From the IMG/VR virus record IMGVR_UViG_3300008110_000009: a DNA stretch of 64,000 nucleotides; one strand, 5' to 3'. The notes under the pieces were generated by a model, which saw only the letters and a program-made list of their open reading frames with translations, did not search any database and was not told the DNA's origin. This document shows positions 40,697-50,477 of the stretch, piece after piece; the first letter of the stretch is position 1, and each line of letters starts with the position of its first letter. Made by a program: the position numbers and the translations under genes. The stretch comes from a virus.

Positions 40697-41428
40697 ATGA
40701 ATAATTTTATTAAACAAGTAATTGAAGAAAAGTTTGCATCGAAGGCTCAGCAAAGATTTTTCTACGCTCAGGCTGGAAAAGGTGGCAAAAAGGGTAAGAA
40801 GTGGGCCAAGTGGGCTAAAGAATTTTCAGCTGATACCGATTTCAAAAAAATACCAGAAAAAATAGAAAAAGATGAAGAGATTGAAGAAATTGTAGACGAT
40901 CAGGGTAATATCAAGAGAAGCGAGGTTCCTTTAGCTATGAAAAAAAGTACAATAGGCTCTAAAAAAAGAACCGACAAGGTGGTTAAAACCGGAGCTGGCG
41001 CTATGGGTATTCATGGTGTTCACGGTACACATACATCATTAAGATATTGGGCTGAATCTGATATGAGTGCTGCTTTAGGATATGACGACACCCTTGGTGA
41101 TGACGCAACATATGATGAAGCTTATTCACATTTTACTAAAAAATTGGGTCTAAGCGATGAGGAAGCTAAAGAAAGACTAAAAGCTATGGGTTATATTCCT
41201 GGAGAAAAAGAATTAGTTAGATTGGTTGAAAATCCCAAAAAATTTATGCAAGATTATATTGAAAGTGTTCTTGTAAAAAAGGGTGACGATAAAGAAGTGA
41301 TAGCAAAGGAGGAAGACGAAACCGAATTAAATCCATTAGTTAAGAAACAACTTGATTCTTTAAAGAAAAGTTTAAAAAATAATAATATACCAGTAGAAAA
41401 AATTGTAAACCATCTTAAAAGTGAATAA
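40697..41428 (+). CDS. Hypothetical protein (probable head-associated)
   Basis: 243 aa; FASKAQQRFFYA...WAKEF motif; late motif upstream. Confidence 0.7.
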   Translation: MNNFIKQVIEEKFASKAQQRFFYAQAGKGGKKGKKWAKWAKEFSADTDFKKIPEKIEKDEEIEEIVDDQGNIKRSEVPLAMKKSTIGSKKRTDKVVKTGAGAMGIHGVHGTHTSLRYWAESDMSAALGYDDTLGDDATYDEAYSHFTKKLGLSDEEAKERLKAMGYIPGEKELVRLVENPKKFMQDYIESVLVKKGDDKEVIAKEEDETELNPLVKKQLDSLKKSLKNNNIPVEKIVNHLKSE

Positions 41429-41912
41429 TCAATTAAAAGATAACGTTTACGATGTTCCGAATGATATTTTAGAAAAAATCAATTCGGTACTTTCCTCAGT
41501 TAACGATGATTCCCACGGGGTTCAACGAGCTAAAACGCTTTGTTCTGAAAAGAAAGTAACATATGGTCAACTAAAAAGGATTATACACGATATAAAAACA
41601 ATCGATAAAGAAAAAGACAAATTAAGGTACGAATTGTATGGTGGTGAGTTAATGGAAAAATGGGCAAAACAATTTTTAGATGGTCAAAGAGGTTTGATTA
41701 AATCAAAAAAACAATCTTCTCAAAAAATAAACAATTTGACGGGAATGAATGGTATGAGAAAAAATCCTTTTTTATCTACACATAAAAAGGCGGAAGAGAA
41801 ACCATCGTATAAAAATTTTTTAAAATCTAATTCAGACAAAACATCAATATCACCAATAACCTCTGTCGGTATTTTTGAAGAGATCGAAAGAATAAAAAAA
41901 TTAATGTTATAA
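41421..41912 (+). CDS. Hypothetical protein
   Basis: 163 aa; GTG start overlapping the upstream stop; C-terminal IFEEIERIKKLML. Confidence 0.7.
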   Translation: MNNQLKDNVYDVPNDILEKINSVLSSVNDDSHGVQRAKTLCSEKKVTYGQLKRIIHDIKTIDKEKDKLRYELYGGELMEKWAKQFLDGQRGLIKSKKQSSQKINNLTGMNGMRKNPFLSTHKKAEEKPSYKNFLKSNSDKTSISPITSVGIFEEIERIKKLML

Positions 41913-41915
41913 AGT

Positions 41916-42569
41916 ATGCCAACACAATTAGAAATAATCGCAGAAAAACAAAGACAAGAGCATTTATCTAGAAACTCATACATCGATAAGAACGGTTATG
42001 CTACAACTCATGAAAATGCATTATCTACCGGAGACGATAAGGGTAAGGGAGAAACAAACACAATTGGATCGGCGACAGACATCCAAACTAGAATAAACAA
42101 TTTGGTTAAAAACCCATATTCTGCGGACAAACGCTATGATTCAAATAATCCAAACGCATTATCCGATGGTGATGAGAAAGGTAAAGGTGAAACTTTGACA
42201 ATAGGTTCTAAAACAGATATAAACACCAGAACCGAATTATTATCTAAAAACATATATAGTAACGTTAAGGGATATGGCGTAACAAACCCAAATGCTGTTT
42301 CTGATGGTGACGAAAAGGGTAAAGGTGAAAACAATGGAAAAGTTGGATCACTAACAGATATAAACACCAGAACAGAATTAGTAAACAAAAATGTTTATAA
42401 TGGTCAAAATGGTTATTCTAGTGTTCACCCAAATGCACTATCTGATGGGGATATAAAAGGAAAGGGTGAAATCAACACGCAAATAGGTTCTTCTGTGGAT
42501 ATTAATAATAGAATAGAATCAGTAGCAAGAAACAAATACGGAGAAACAAAAAAATATCCAGATTTTTAA
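41916..42569 (+). CDS. Protein with four ~46-aa tandem repeats
   Basis: NA[LV]S[DT]GDxKGKGE...[IV]GSxxDIxxR...KNxY repeated four times. Confidence 0.8.
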   Translation: MPTQLEIIAEKQRQEHLSRNSYIDKNGYATTHENALSTGDDKGKGETNTIGSATDIQTRINNLVKNPYSADKRYDSNNPNALSDGDEKGKGETLTIGSKTDINTRTELLSKNIYSNVKGYGVTNPNAVSDGDEKGKGENNGKVGSLTDINTRTELVNKNVYNGQNGYSSVHPNALSDGDIKGKGEINTQIGSSVDINNRIESVARNKYGETKKYPDF

Positions 42570-42570
42570 T

Positions 42571-43572
42571 ATGAAGTTAGAAGAAATTATTGAGGAACAA
42601 AACGAAGGGATATTAAAAACAACTAAAAATAAGCCTCTAGTTGATGCTATTGTAAATAGACATCCAATTACCTTTTATTATAGTGGCCCAAGAAAACCCA
42701 AAAAGAAAAGTGTTAAAGCGGGATATAGAGTAAAAGCAGAACCAGTTGCACTTGGGGCACATAAAAGTACTGGTAATTTATTAGTTAGAGCGTATATTGA
42801 CGACCCCTCAACTTCAAAAAGAGGAACCCCCGGTAAAGTTGGGAAAGAAAAATCCAATTATGGTTGGAGAACGTTTTTAGCGGCTAGAATGTCAAATGTT
42901 CAAGTTGTTAAGGATGAAACTTTTAATACAATTAGAGAAAAATATAATGGAGGAGGTGATGATAAATCAATGAGTGTTACATACGTAAGCACCGACTTTT
43001 CTAAAACCCCACCTAAACCAAGAATTGGTGACATAAAAAAACCATCAAAAACGCCAAGCATAGAGCCTGAAAAACCGAAACCAGCAACAATAACAAAACA
43101 GGCAAGAAACGTAGATGCAGAACTAAAAAAATTCGACGTCGAATTAGATACAATTGAAAAGGATATTAAAACAAATTTAGATGGTTACAAAGCAAATAAA
43201 GGTAAACCAGAAGAAGTAAAATTTATTCAACAATTAAAAGACCTTAACAAGAAAAAAGATGAGCTTTTAAATAAAATTGCTGATACTATTGAAAATATTG
43301 GTAAAGATGTTAAGCCTGAAGATAAAAGTAAAATAAGTAACTTTACTAGGAGAGTTTCAGCAAAGAAAAAAGATCCAGAAACGTTGATCCCAACACCAAC
43401 GGAAAAACCATCTAAAAAACCAAATCAAAAAGATCAGGAACCAGAGAATAAAGAGAAAAAGTTACCTGAAATTCCTAAAAAACAAAAGCCAACAAACGAG
43501 CCAGAAGATAATCGTTATGATTTAAATGAAGAATTTGTAAACAGAGTAAAAAAACTTATTACATATTTTTAA
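42571..43572 (+). CDS. WYL-like domain protein with Lys/Pro-rich C-terminus
   Basis: DAI..R..ITFYY.....R.AEP.ALG....L.RAY......WRTF...RM.NV pattern of WYL domains. Confidence 0.7.
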   Translation: MKLEEIIEEQNEGILKTTKNKPLVDAIVNRHPITFYYSGPRKPKKKSVKAGYRVKAEPVALGAHKSTGNLLVRAYIDDPSTSKRGTPGKVGKEKSNYGWRTFLAARMSNVQVVKDETFNTIREKYNGGGDDKSMSVTYVSTDFSKTPPKPRIGDIKKPSKTPSIEPEKPKPATITKQARNVDAELKKFDVELDTIEKDIKTNLDGYKANKGKPEEVKFIQQLKDLNKKKDELLNKIADTIENIGKDVKPEDKSKISNFTRRVSAKKKDPETLIPTPTEKPSKKPNQKDQEPENKEKKLPEIPKKQKPTNEPEDNRYDLNEEFVNRVKKLITYF

Positions 43573-43611
43573 CTTTATTTTAATCAAATAAACAAATATA
43601 TTTATAATATT

Positions 43612-44169
43612 ATGGGAAACGGAGCAATATCAGAAAACGACTTAATGCACAAATTAGTGCAAGCAAAAAAAGTAATGAATAAAGTTGATGGTGGTAACTT
43701 TGAAAGAGGCCACATTAATGAAGACATTTTAAGAAGTGCACCAGAAGATATTTCTGAACAATCTGCCCCGCCAACTAGACAAATGGCGCCCCCAAGCGTT
43801 GATAGAATTCAACAATCAAAATTACCAGATCATATTAAAAAAGCTATGATCGATAACCCAATTCCACAGATTTCTTTAAATGAAACATTAGATATGGATT
43901 TCGTTAAAGGAGCTAAAAAATTAATGGAAAGAGAAGGTTTAGCAAAACCAACCCCACAACAAAAAAGTTCAGGCACAATAACAAACTCAAATATTGACAT
44001 GAACGCAATCGCCACATTAATTGAAAATACAGTTAGAAAGGTTATGGATGAAAAATTAAATCAAATCCTTACTGCACAGCAAACAACATCAATTAATGAA
44101 AATCTAGTTTTAAAAGTTGGTGATTCAGTATTCAAGGGTAAAATCACAGGCGTAAATAAAGCCAAGTAA
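43612..44169 (+). CDS. Hypothetical protein
   Basis: 185-aa ORF with late motif upstream. Confidence 0.7.
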   Translation: MGNGAISENDLMHKLVQAKKVMNKVDGGNFERGHINEDILRSAPEDISEQSAPPTRQMAPPSVDRIQQSKLPDHIKKAMIDNPIPQISLNETLDMDFVKGAKKLMEREGLAKPTPQQKSSGTITNSNIDMNAIATLIENTVRKVMDEKLNQILTAQQTTSINENLVLKVGDSVFKGKITGVNKAK

Positions 44170-44220
44170 AGTTCACTTTTAATTTAAAATTTCTTATAAT
44201 AGACATATAAGATCACAAAA

Positions 44221-45447
44221 ATGTCTAAAATAAGAATATTAGCAATTCCATCTGATGGCCACGGTGTTGGCAAATACAGAGTACTAGATCCATTTAAATT
44301 TATTGGAAATAATCATTCTGACGATATCCATGTTGATATTGTTATGAATCTAGAAGATAATGATAGCGTGTTTGATAACTATGATATTGTTCTTTTTCAT
44401 AGTTTTATACACATGGTACCATTTGAAAGAAATTTGGAAAGAATTGAATGGTTAAAAAGAAGAGGTATTAAAGTTATTATGGATATTGATGATTTTTGGA
44501 ATGTGGACCAAAGACATCCAATGTATGAGCAAATTAAAAAACAAAAGATTGCGGAAAAAAAGATTGCATTTTTAAAAGCGGCAGACTACATCACTTGTAC
44601 AACTGAATTTTTTGCAAACGAAATCAAGAAAAGATTAGGTGTTAAAAATGTTATTGTATTCCCAAATGCTGTAGATGAAGAAGAGCAACAATTTAAGTCC
44701 AACCCATTAAAGTCTGATAAAATAAGATTTGGATGGTTAGGAGGCTCATCACACTTATATGATATCGAATTAATGAAAAGTGGTATTGAATCTATTCAAA
44801 ACGAGTACAAAAATAAAACTCAATTTGTTTTATGTGGATTCGATTTAAGAGGAAGTGTTCACGAGATTAATAAATCAACCGGAGAGGTTACACAAAGGCC
44901 AATACAACCACATGAAACTGTATGGTCTAAATATGAAAGTATTTTTACCTCTGGGTATAAAGTATTAGATGAAAACTATAGAAATTTTTTACTTTCATAT
45001 GCACAAGCAGATTACCCTTCAATGGATGTACCATATCTCAGAAGATGGACACAGGATATCACCAAATATGCATTAAATTACAATTACTTTGATGTTTCAT
45101 TAGCCCCACTACTTGAATCTCATTTTAATTCATGTAAATCACAATTAAAAATTATTGAAGCGGGGTTTCATAAAAAAGCTATAATTGCTAGTGAAACCAT
45201 GCCCTATACTATGGATTTAGTATCCGCAGTAAATGAAGGTAAATTTAACGATGGAGGTAATGCACTTCTTGTATCAGCAAGAAAAAATCACAAAGACTGG
45301 GCAAAACACATGAAAAGATTGATAGATAACCCAAACATGATTGAAGACTTGGGTAATAGATTATACGAAACAGTTAAAGACAAATATTCTTTAAAAAAAG
45401 TATGTAATGATCGAGTTCAATTCTTCAAATCTATTGTTAACAAATAG
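44221..45447 (+). CDS. Glycosyltransferase (GT-B / GT4-like)
   Basis: GVGKYR..P, DIDD, FPNAVD, GWLGGSSH..D, DVSLAPL....FN.CKSQLKIIEAG. Confidence 0.88.
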   Translation: MSKIRILAIPSDGHGVGKYRVLDPFKFIGNNHSDDIHVDIVMNLEDNDSVFDNYDIVLFHSFIHMVPFERNLERIEWLKRRGIKVIMDIDDFWNVDQRHPMYEQIKKQKIAEKKIAFLKAADYITCTTEFFANEIKKRLGVKNVIVFPNAVDEEEQQFKSNPLKSDKIRFGWLGGSSHLYDIELMKSGIESIQNEYKNKTQFVLCGFDLRGSVHEINKSTGEVTQRPIQPHETVWSKYESIFTSGYKVLDENYRNFLLSYAQADYPSMDVPYLRRWTQDITKYALNYNYFDVSLAPLLESHFNSCKSQLKIIEAGFHKKAIIASETMPYTMDLVSAVNEGKFNDGGNALLVSARKNHKDWAKHMKRLIDNPNMIEDLGNRLYETVKDKYSLKKVCNDRVQFFKSIVNK

Positions 45448-45505
45448 TTTTTGGTTTTTTGAAAAAAAAGACTTATATTAGTTAATAACATTAAAACTAA
45501 AAATT

Positions 45506-45736
45506 ATGTATTATTTAATTACTATCGGTTACGAAACCGAACAAATGGACAGAGAGGGTAACCCTAGAATCAAAAAAGTTAAATACGTGCTTCAAGCTGA
45601 ATCTGTTGAAGAAGCTACTATGGTTGCCGCCAAATATAGGGCTGGTGACATTAGAGGTAGTGAAAGCTTGAGCGTAGTAAAGATGCCGATTGAATGTGTA
45701 ATAGACGAGAAAAACACTCCGGAATATTACAAGTAA
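45506..45736 (+). CDS. DUF4494-like small protein
   Basis: Y......E.......KK..Y..QA.S.EEA resembles Bacteroidota DUF4494. Confidence 0.55.
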   Translation: MYYLITIGYETEQMDREGNPRIKKVKYVLQAESVEEATMVAAKYRAGDIRGSESLSVVKMPIECVIDEKNTPEYYK

Positions 45737-45737
45737 A

Positions 45738-46307
45738 ATGATTTCGAAAGAAAAAATTGAAAAAAATAAAAAGAAGTTTCTTGAAGTAAATGAAACTTAT
45801 GGCATTTTTACAAAAGAGTTAGAAGAATTTCTGGGTGATGATTTTTTTCATTGCCCAGCTTCTCCTTCTCTTGATTTATACGGAGCATACCCAGGCGGAC
45901 TACTAGATCATTTATTAAAAGTTTGTAAATTTTCATTATATATAAATGATATTTTACCCGAAAAAATAAAAATTGAAAAAAATAAAATAATAAAAACTGT
46001 TTTTTTATCACAAATCGGAAAAGTTTTTCTATTTAAACCAAACCCAAGTGAATGGCATAGAATCAATCAAGGTAAAATGTATGTTTACCAAACTGAAAAT
46101 ATGATTGCAATGAAGGCTGGCGAGAGAAGTGCTTTCTATGCTTTAAAATATGGATGTAATTTAGATGATGACGAATATCAAGCAATAATAAATGTTGATA
46201 AAGACTCTGATGATAAAATGGCAAAGTGGCACTCATCGATCTTATCACAGATACTAAAACACGGTTTTGAATTAGCACTAATAGAAGAAAAATATGGAAA
46301 CAAATAA
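45738..46307 (+). CDS. HD-domain-like protein, degenerate active site
   Basis: PAS.....AYPGGLLDH conserved, but LHDIGK is replaced by LSQIGK. Confidence 0.65.
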   Translation: MISKEKIEKNKKKFLEVNETYGIFTKELEEFLGDDFFHCPASPSLDLYGAYPGGLLDHLLKVCKFSLYINDILPEKIKIEKNKIIKTVFLSQIGKVFLFKPNPSEWHRINQGKMYVYQTENMIAMKAGERSAFYALKYGCNLDDDEYQAIINVDKDSDDKMAKWHSSILSQILKHGFELALIEEKYGNK

Positions 46308-46911
46308 CAACTTTTTAAGTATTTTAGATAAACTAAAAGAATACGAAGCATTACTTTCCAAAGATGATGATTCTGAATTAGACGAAGAGTTGGTTAAACA
46401 AATTAACCAGACACTTGATGAATTGAATGAAGAGGTTTATTCAGCTCAAGCAAAAGAGCTATCATCATTCTCTGTTAAGTTTATTAATAAATCAACAAAC
46501 GAAGATCCAAAATTTGCATATGAGGGAGATAGTGGATTTGATCTTAGAGCGGACATTGAAGAGCCAATCATAATCCAACCATCTAAAAGAGCATTGATAC
46601 CAACTGGTTTATATTTTGAATTAGTTAAAGGTATTGAAATACAGGTTAGACCAAGAAGTGGGTTAGCTGTTAAGCACGGAATAACAGTTTTAAATAGTCC
46701 AGGTACTGTTGATAGTCACTATAGAGGAGAGGTTAAAGTACCATTAATCAACCTAGGTGAGGAACCTTTTAAGATCGAAAAAGGTGATAGAATTGCTCAG
46801 GGGGTTATAATGCCAGTATTCGGTGAAGGTAAGATTACATTAGCAAAATCAGACCAAATTAACGATACAACAAGAGGTGAGGGTGGCTTTAATTCTAGTG
46901 GAATTAAGTGA
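46294..46911 (+). CDS. dut: Trimeric dUTPase with acidic N-terminal extension
   Basis: SGFDLRA, RPRSGLA, GTVDSHYRGE, GDRIAQ, RGEGGFNSSG. Confidence 0.95.
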   Translation: METNNNFLSILDKLKEYEALLSKDDDSELDEELVKQINQTLDELNEEVYSAQAKELSSFSVKFINKSTNEDPKFAYEGDSGFDLRADIEEPIIIQPSKRALIPTGLYFELVKGIEIQVRPRSGLAVKHGITVLNSPGTVDSHYRGEVKVPLINLGEEPFKIEKGDRIAQGVIMPVFGEGKITLAKSDQINDTTRGEGGFNSSGIK

Positions 46912-46956
46912 TATTTATATGGGTGAGAATAACTGTTAATTTTAAAATTTAAAATT

Positions 46957-47670
46957 TTGATAAAATCGAAAAACAAAGCCGCCGTTATAGAGGAGAAGAA
47001 AACACCACATAAACAAAGAATTAGAGAGATCATTAAAAAACCCAAGGAAAAATTTTTAACACAGTCACAAGAAGAGTATTGGAAAATATTGGGTGAAAAT
47101 CAAATAACATTATGTTTTGGGCCTGCTGGGGTAGGTAAGTCATATATAGCAATGAAAAGAGCTATTGATTTACTTTGGGACGATGATAACAAATATGAAA
47201 AAATAATCATTGTTAGACCAGCAGTTGAAGCTGAAGAAAAACTAGGTTCACTACCAGGTGGGTTAGAAGAAAAATTAGATCCATACATTTATCCCTCATA
47301 TTATCTTTTAAATAAAATAATAGGTAAAGAAGCTAGAGAGCGAATGAAAGATGAAGGGTATATTGAAGTTGCTGCTTTGGCTTATATGAGAGGATGGAAT
47401 GTTGATAATACTATTCTTGTTTTTGAAGAAGCTCAAAACGCAACACCAGCACAAATAAAATTACTTTTAACGCGTATTGGTTTCAATTCTAAATTTTTCT
47501 TATCCGGAGATTTAGAACAATCAGATAAATTCAAAGATAAAACTAAAACCGGTCTATATGACGCTAAAAAAAGACTAGATGGGGTTAGAGGAATTGGCAT
47601 ATTTGAATTTGGTAATGAAGATATCGTTAGAAACCCAATTATTAGCGAAATTTTAAAGAGATACGAGTAA
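46957..47670 (+). CDS. phoH: PhoH-family ATPase
   Basis: GPAGVGKS, RPAVEAEEKLGSLPG, AYMRG, EEAQN, LLTRIG, GDLEQSD, DIVRNP. Confidence 0.95.
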   Translation: MIKSKNKAAVIEEKKTPHKQRIREIIKKPKEKFLTQSQEEYWKILGENQITLCFGPAGVGKSYIAMKRAIDLLWDDDNKYEKIIIVRPAVEAEEKLGSLPGGLEEKLDPYIYPSYYLLNKIIGKEARERMKDEGYIEVAALAYMRGWNVDNTILVFEEAQNATPAQIKLLLTRIGFNSKFFLSGDLEQSDKFKDKTKTGLYDAKKRLDGVRGIGIFEFGNEDIVRNPIISEILKRYE

Positions 47671-47713
47671 ATAGATATTTACTTTATTAAATTTTAACCC
47701 TATCTTTTGAAGT

Positions 47714-48355
47714 ATGAATATATATATTTCAATAGATGGGGTTTTACGTAATTTCGTAAACAGGTTTCACTACCATTATGAAAACGCATACATTGATGTT
47801 GATGTTGATGCAAGTGAAGACAAGTTTGATTATAAAGTAGTTGAACCAATTACTAATCTTGATCTTTCTAATCATTTTATATTTCAATCAAAAGAACAAA
47901 AAGATTACTTTCAGTATATTGAATATCCAATGGAACTTTATGGGCACTCCCCAGTAAGTTATATCAATGTTTATAATGAGTTCAATAAACTAGTGTATGA
48001 TCATAAAGATGATAATGTTACGCTTGTTGGTTTGGATGAATTTGGCAAAGCTAGACCAGCCACCTTATTTTTTTTATCACGAAGTGGTTTTATGCCAAAC
48101 AACATCAAATTTGTATCAAGTAAAGATTTAGATACGGAATGGAGAAACGTCGACATATGGATATCAGATTCAAAAATTATTTTAGATAATAAACCGGATA
48201 ATAAAGAGTTTATTTTATTTGAAACCCCATATAATCAATTCTTTACTTATGAGAAAAAAATAAATAAATTAAGTGATATCACCATAGGAAATGGTGATAT
48301 ATTAATTAACCCAAAAGAAGAACAAAAATTAATAATAGATGGCGGAATTTTATAA
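47714..48355 (+). CDS. HAD-fold 5'(3')-nucleotidase-like protein, degenerate motif I
   Basis: IYISIDGVLRNF (cf. DxDGVL), PYN near the C-terminus. Confidence 0.6.
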   Translation: MNIYISIDGVLRNFVNRFHYHYENAYIDVDVDASEDKFDYKVVEPITNLDLSNHFIFQSKEQKDYFQYIEYPMELYGHSPVSYINVYNEFNKLVYDHKDDNVTLVGLDEFGKARPATLFFLSRSGFMPNNIKFVSSKDLDTEWRNVDIWISDSKIILDNKPDNKEFILFETPYNQFFTYEKKINKLSDITIGNGDILINPKEEQKLIIDGGIL

Positions 48356-48623
48356 TAAAAACTACTACATCGATATCGATGGTATGATCGATAAATGTAG
48401 GACAGGAGGTACGCTTCAGGATGAAGACGGAAAAGATGTGATGGAAATAAACGTCTTTAAATACGAACTTTTAAAGATGATGATTGATAGAGTATTAAAT
48501 GAGATTGATGATATTGATGATGATGATGTGTTATCATCATTAAAGCCAAGTCAAAGTTCAGTATCGTTCAATTTAGCATTTAATACCCTAATCCAATATG
48601 GAATAATAAACGAAGAAACATAA
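48339..48623 (+). CDS. Hypothetical protein
   Basis: 94-aa ORF, coupled to its neighbours. Confidence 0.7.
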   Translation: MAEFYNKNYYIDIDGMIDKCRTGGTLQDEDGKDVMEINVFKYELLKMMIDRVLNEIDDIDDDDVLSSLKPSQSSVSFNLAFNTLIQYGIINEET

Positions 48624-48627
48624 AAAA

Positions 48628-49695
48628 ATGAGTGAAAAATTAAAAAACATCGAAAAATTACAAGATGCACTTTCTAGAATAGAATCTAAAGAAAATAAAA
48701 TTTATTTTTTATGCTATGACACTAGAAATAATGCTAAAGCTTCTGTAAAACATATCTATGATATGGCCCTCTTTTTAAAAGAGGCTGGAATGGACAGCAA
48801 AATATTAGTTGAAGACAAAAACTATAGCGGGGTGTCTAGCTGGTTGGGAGATAAATACAATGAGATACCTGTAGTTTCAATCAAAGATGATAAAATTGAA
48901 ATGTCAATCGACGACGTTTTGGTTATCCCAGAACAATATTCAAATGTGTTGCAACAATTAGCGAATATTAGATGTACTAAAATAATGTTAGTGCAACAAA
49001 AAGAATACATGTTTGATTCTCTACCTATCGGCAGCCGTTGGAGTGATTTTGGGATTGAAAAAGTTATTACTACTACAGAAGCAGCTAAAAAATATATTCT
49101 AGAATATTTTCCAGAATCACTAGTATTTGTTATACCACCAGTAATTGAAGATTATTTTAGTAAAAGTGAAAAATTACAAAAACCATATATTGGTATTAGT
49201 ATAAGAGACAGAGTAAAACATAGGAAAATTATATCTGAATTTTATTTAAAATACCCGCAATTAAGGTGGGTTACTTTTAAAGATATGGTACAAATGACAA
49301 ACGAAGAGTTTGCAAATTCTCTAAAAGAATGTTTTGTTTCTTTATGGCTTGATGATGATAGTACATTTGGTACTTTCCCATTAGAATCCATGAAGTGTAA
49401 TATCCCCGTAATAGGTAAAATACCTTCTACAGAACCAGATTGGTTGACTGAAAATGGTATATGGACATATGATGAAAGTAAATTAGTAGAATTGCTTGGC
49501 ACATATTCTTTAGCATGGTTAGAAGGTGTTGGAATTACAGATGAAGTTAAAGAAAAAATGGCAAGTACATTAATACCATATGAAAAAGAAATAACAAAAA
49601 ACAACACCATAAACGTATTTCAATCCTTTAATAATAAAAGAGTTGAGACAATAACAAAAGCATTAGAAAAATTAAAAGAAGAAGAAGTTGTATGA
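48628..49695 (+). CDS. Glycosyltransferase (GT-B-like)
   Basis: DVLVIPE, STFGTFPLESMKCNIPVIG (cf. EGFGLPPLEAM.CG.PVI). Confidence 0.8.
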   Translation: MSEKLKNIEKLQDALSRIESKENKIYFLCYDTRNNAKASVKHIYDMALFLKEAGMDSKILVEDKNYSGVSSWLGDKYNEIPVVSIKDDKIEMSIDDVLVIPEQYSNVLQQLANIRCTKIMLVQQKEYMFDSLPIGSRWSDFGIEKVITTTEAAKKYILEYFPESLVFVIPPVIEDYFSKSEKLQKPYIGISIRDRVKHRKIISEFYLKYPQLRWVTFKDMVQMTNEEFANSLKECFVSLWLDDDSTFGTFPLESMKCNIPVIGKIPSTEPDWLTENGIWTYDESKLVELLGTYSLAWLEGVGITDEVKEKMASTLIPYEKEITKNNTINVFQSFNNKRVETITKALEKLKEEEVV

Positions 49696-50477
49696 AAAAT
49701 ATCACAGTAATATTACCGGTTCATAAATTAAACGAAGATTATAAAGAAATGTTATTTTATTCTGTTGAATCTGTAAAACAATTTTATAACGATGTTAAAC
49801 TACTAATTGTGGCCCCAGCAAATCTTAAGAAGGATTTGTCAGATATAGATCTAGGTCAAAAATTAGAAATAAAATATCATTACCATAATGAAAGCGCCGA
49901 TTTCTGTAGTCAAATAAACGAAGGAGCTAAAATTTGTGATACAGAATGGTTTTCAATTTTAGAGGTTGATGATGAATATCAAAAGATCTGGTTAACAAGT
50001 GTAAATGAATACATGAATGAATACCCAGAAGCACAAGTATTCTTACCAATCGTAAAGGATATTGATGAAACTGGTAAATTTACAAATTTTACAAATGAAT
50101 CCGTTTGGGCATATGGGTTTTCAGAAACACAAGGGTTTTTAGATAACGAAGTTCTAATGGAATTTCAAAGCTACCAAATAAGTGGCGGGGTTTACAAAAC
50201 AAAAACATTTTTAGAATTCGGCGGCTTAAAAGAAAATATCAAATTAACATTTGGCTACGAATTGTTATTAAGATTAACCCATAATGGTGTGAAAATTGTT
50301 GTTGTCCCAAGAATAGGATACAGACATGTAAACTTAAGAGAAGATTCCCTTTTCTGGAAATACAAAAATGATCAAGAAATAAAACTAGGAGAAAAAGAGG
50401 CCAAGTTTTGGATTGATACAGCAAAAAAAGAATTTTTCTTCACCAATAAACGAGAAGTAAATTATAGTGAAGCTTAA
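49692..50477 (+). CDS. Glycosyltransferase family 2-like
   Basis: ITVILPVH, INEG....DTEWFSILEVDDEY, YELLLRL...G.KI.VVP..GY.H. Confidence 0.85.
   Translation: MKNITVILPVHKLNEDYKEMLFYSVESVKQFYNDVKLLIVAPANLKKDLSDIDLGQKLEIKYHYHNESADFCSQINEGAKICDTEWFSILEVDDEYQKIWLTSVNEYMNEYPEAQVFLPIVKDIDETGKFTNFTNESVWAYGFSETQGFLDNEVLMEFQSYQISGGVYKTKTFLEFGGLKENIKLTFGYELLLRLTHNGVKIVVVPRIGYRHVNLREDSLFWKYKNDQEIKLGEKEAKFWIDTAKKEFFFTNKREVNYSEA

Noticed and set aside
41916-42569. DNA-level repeat array or CRISPR
   Set aside because: Repeats are in-frame protein repeats with synonymous divergence
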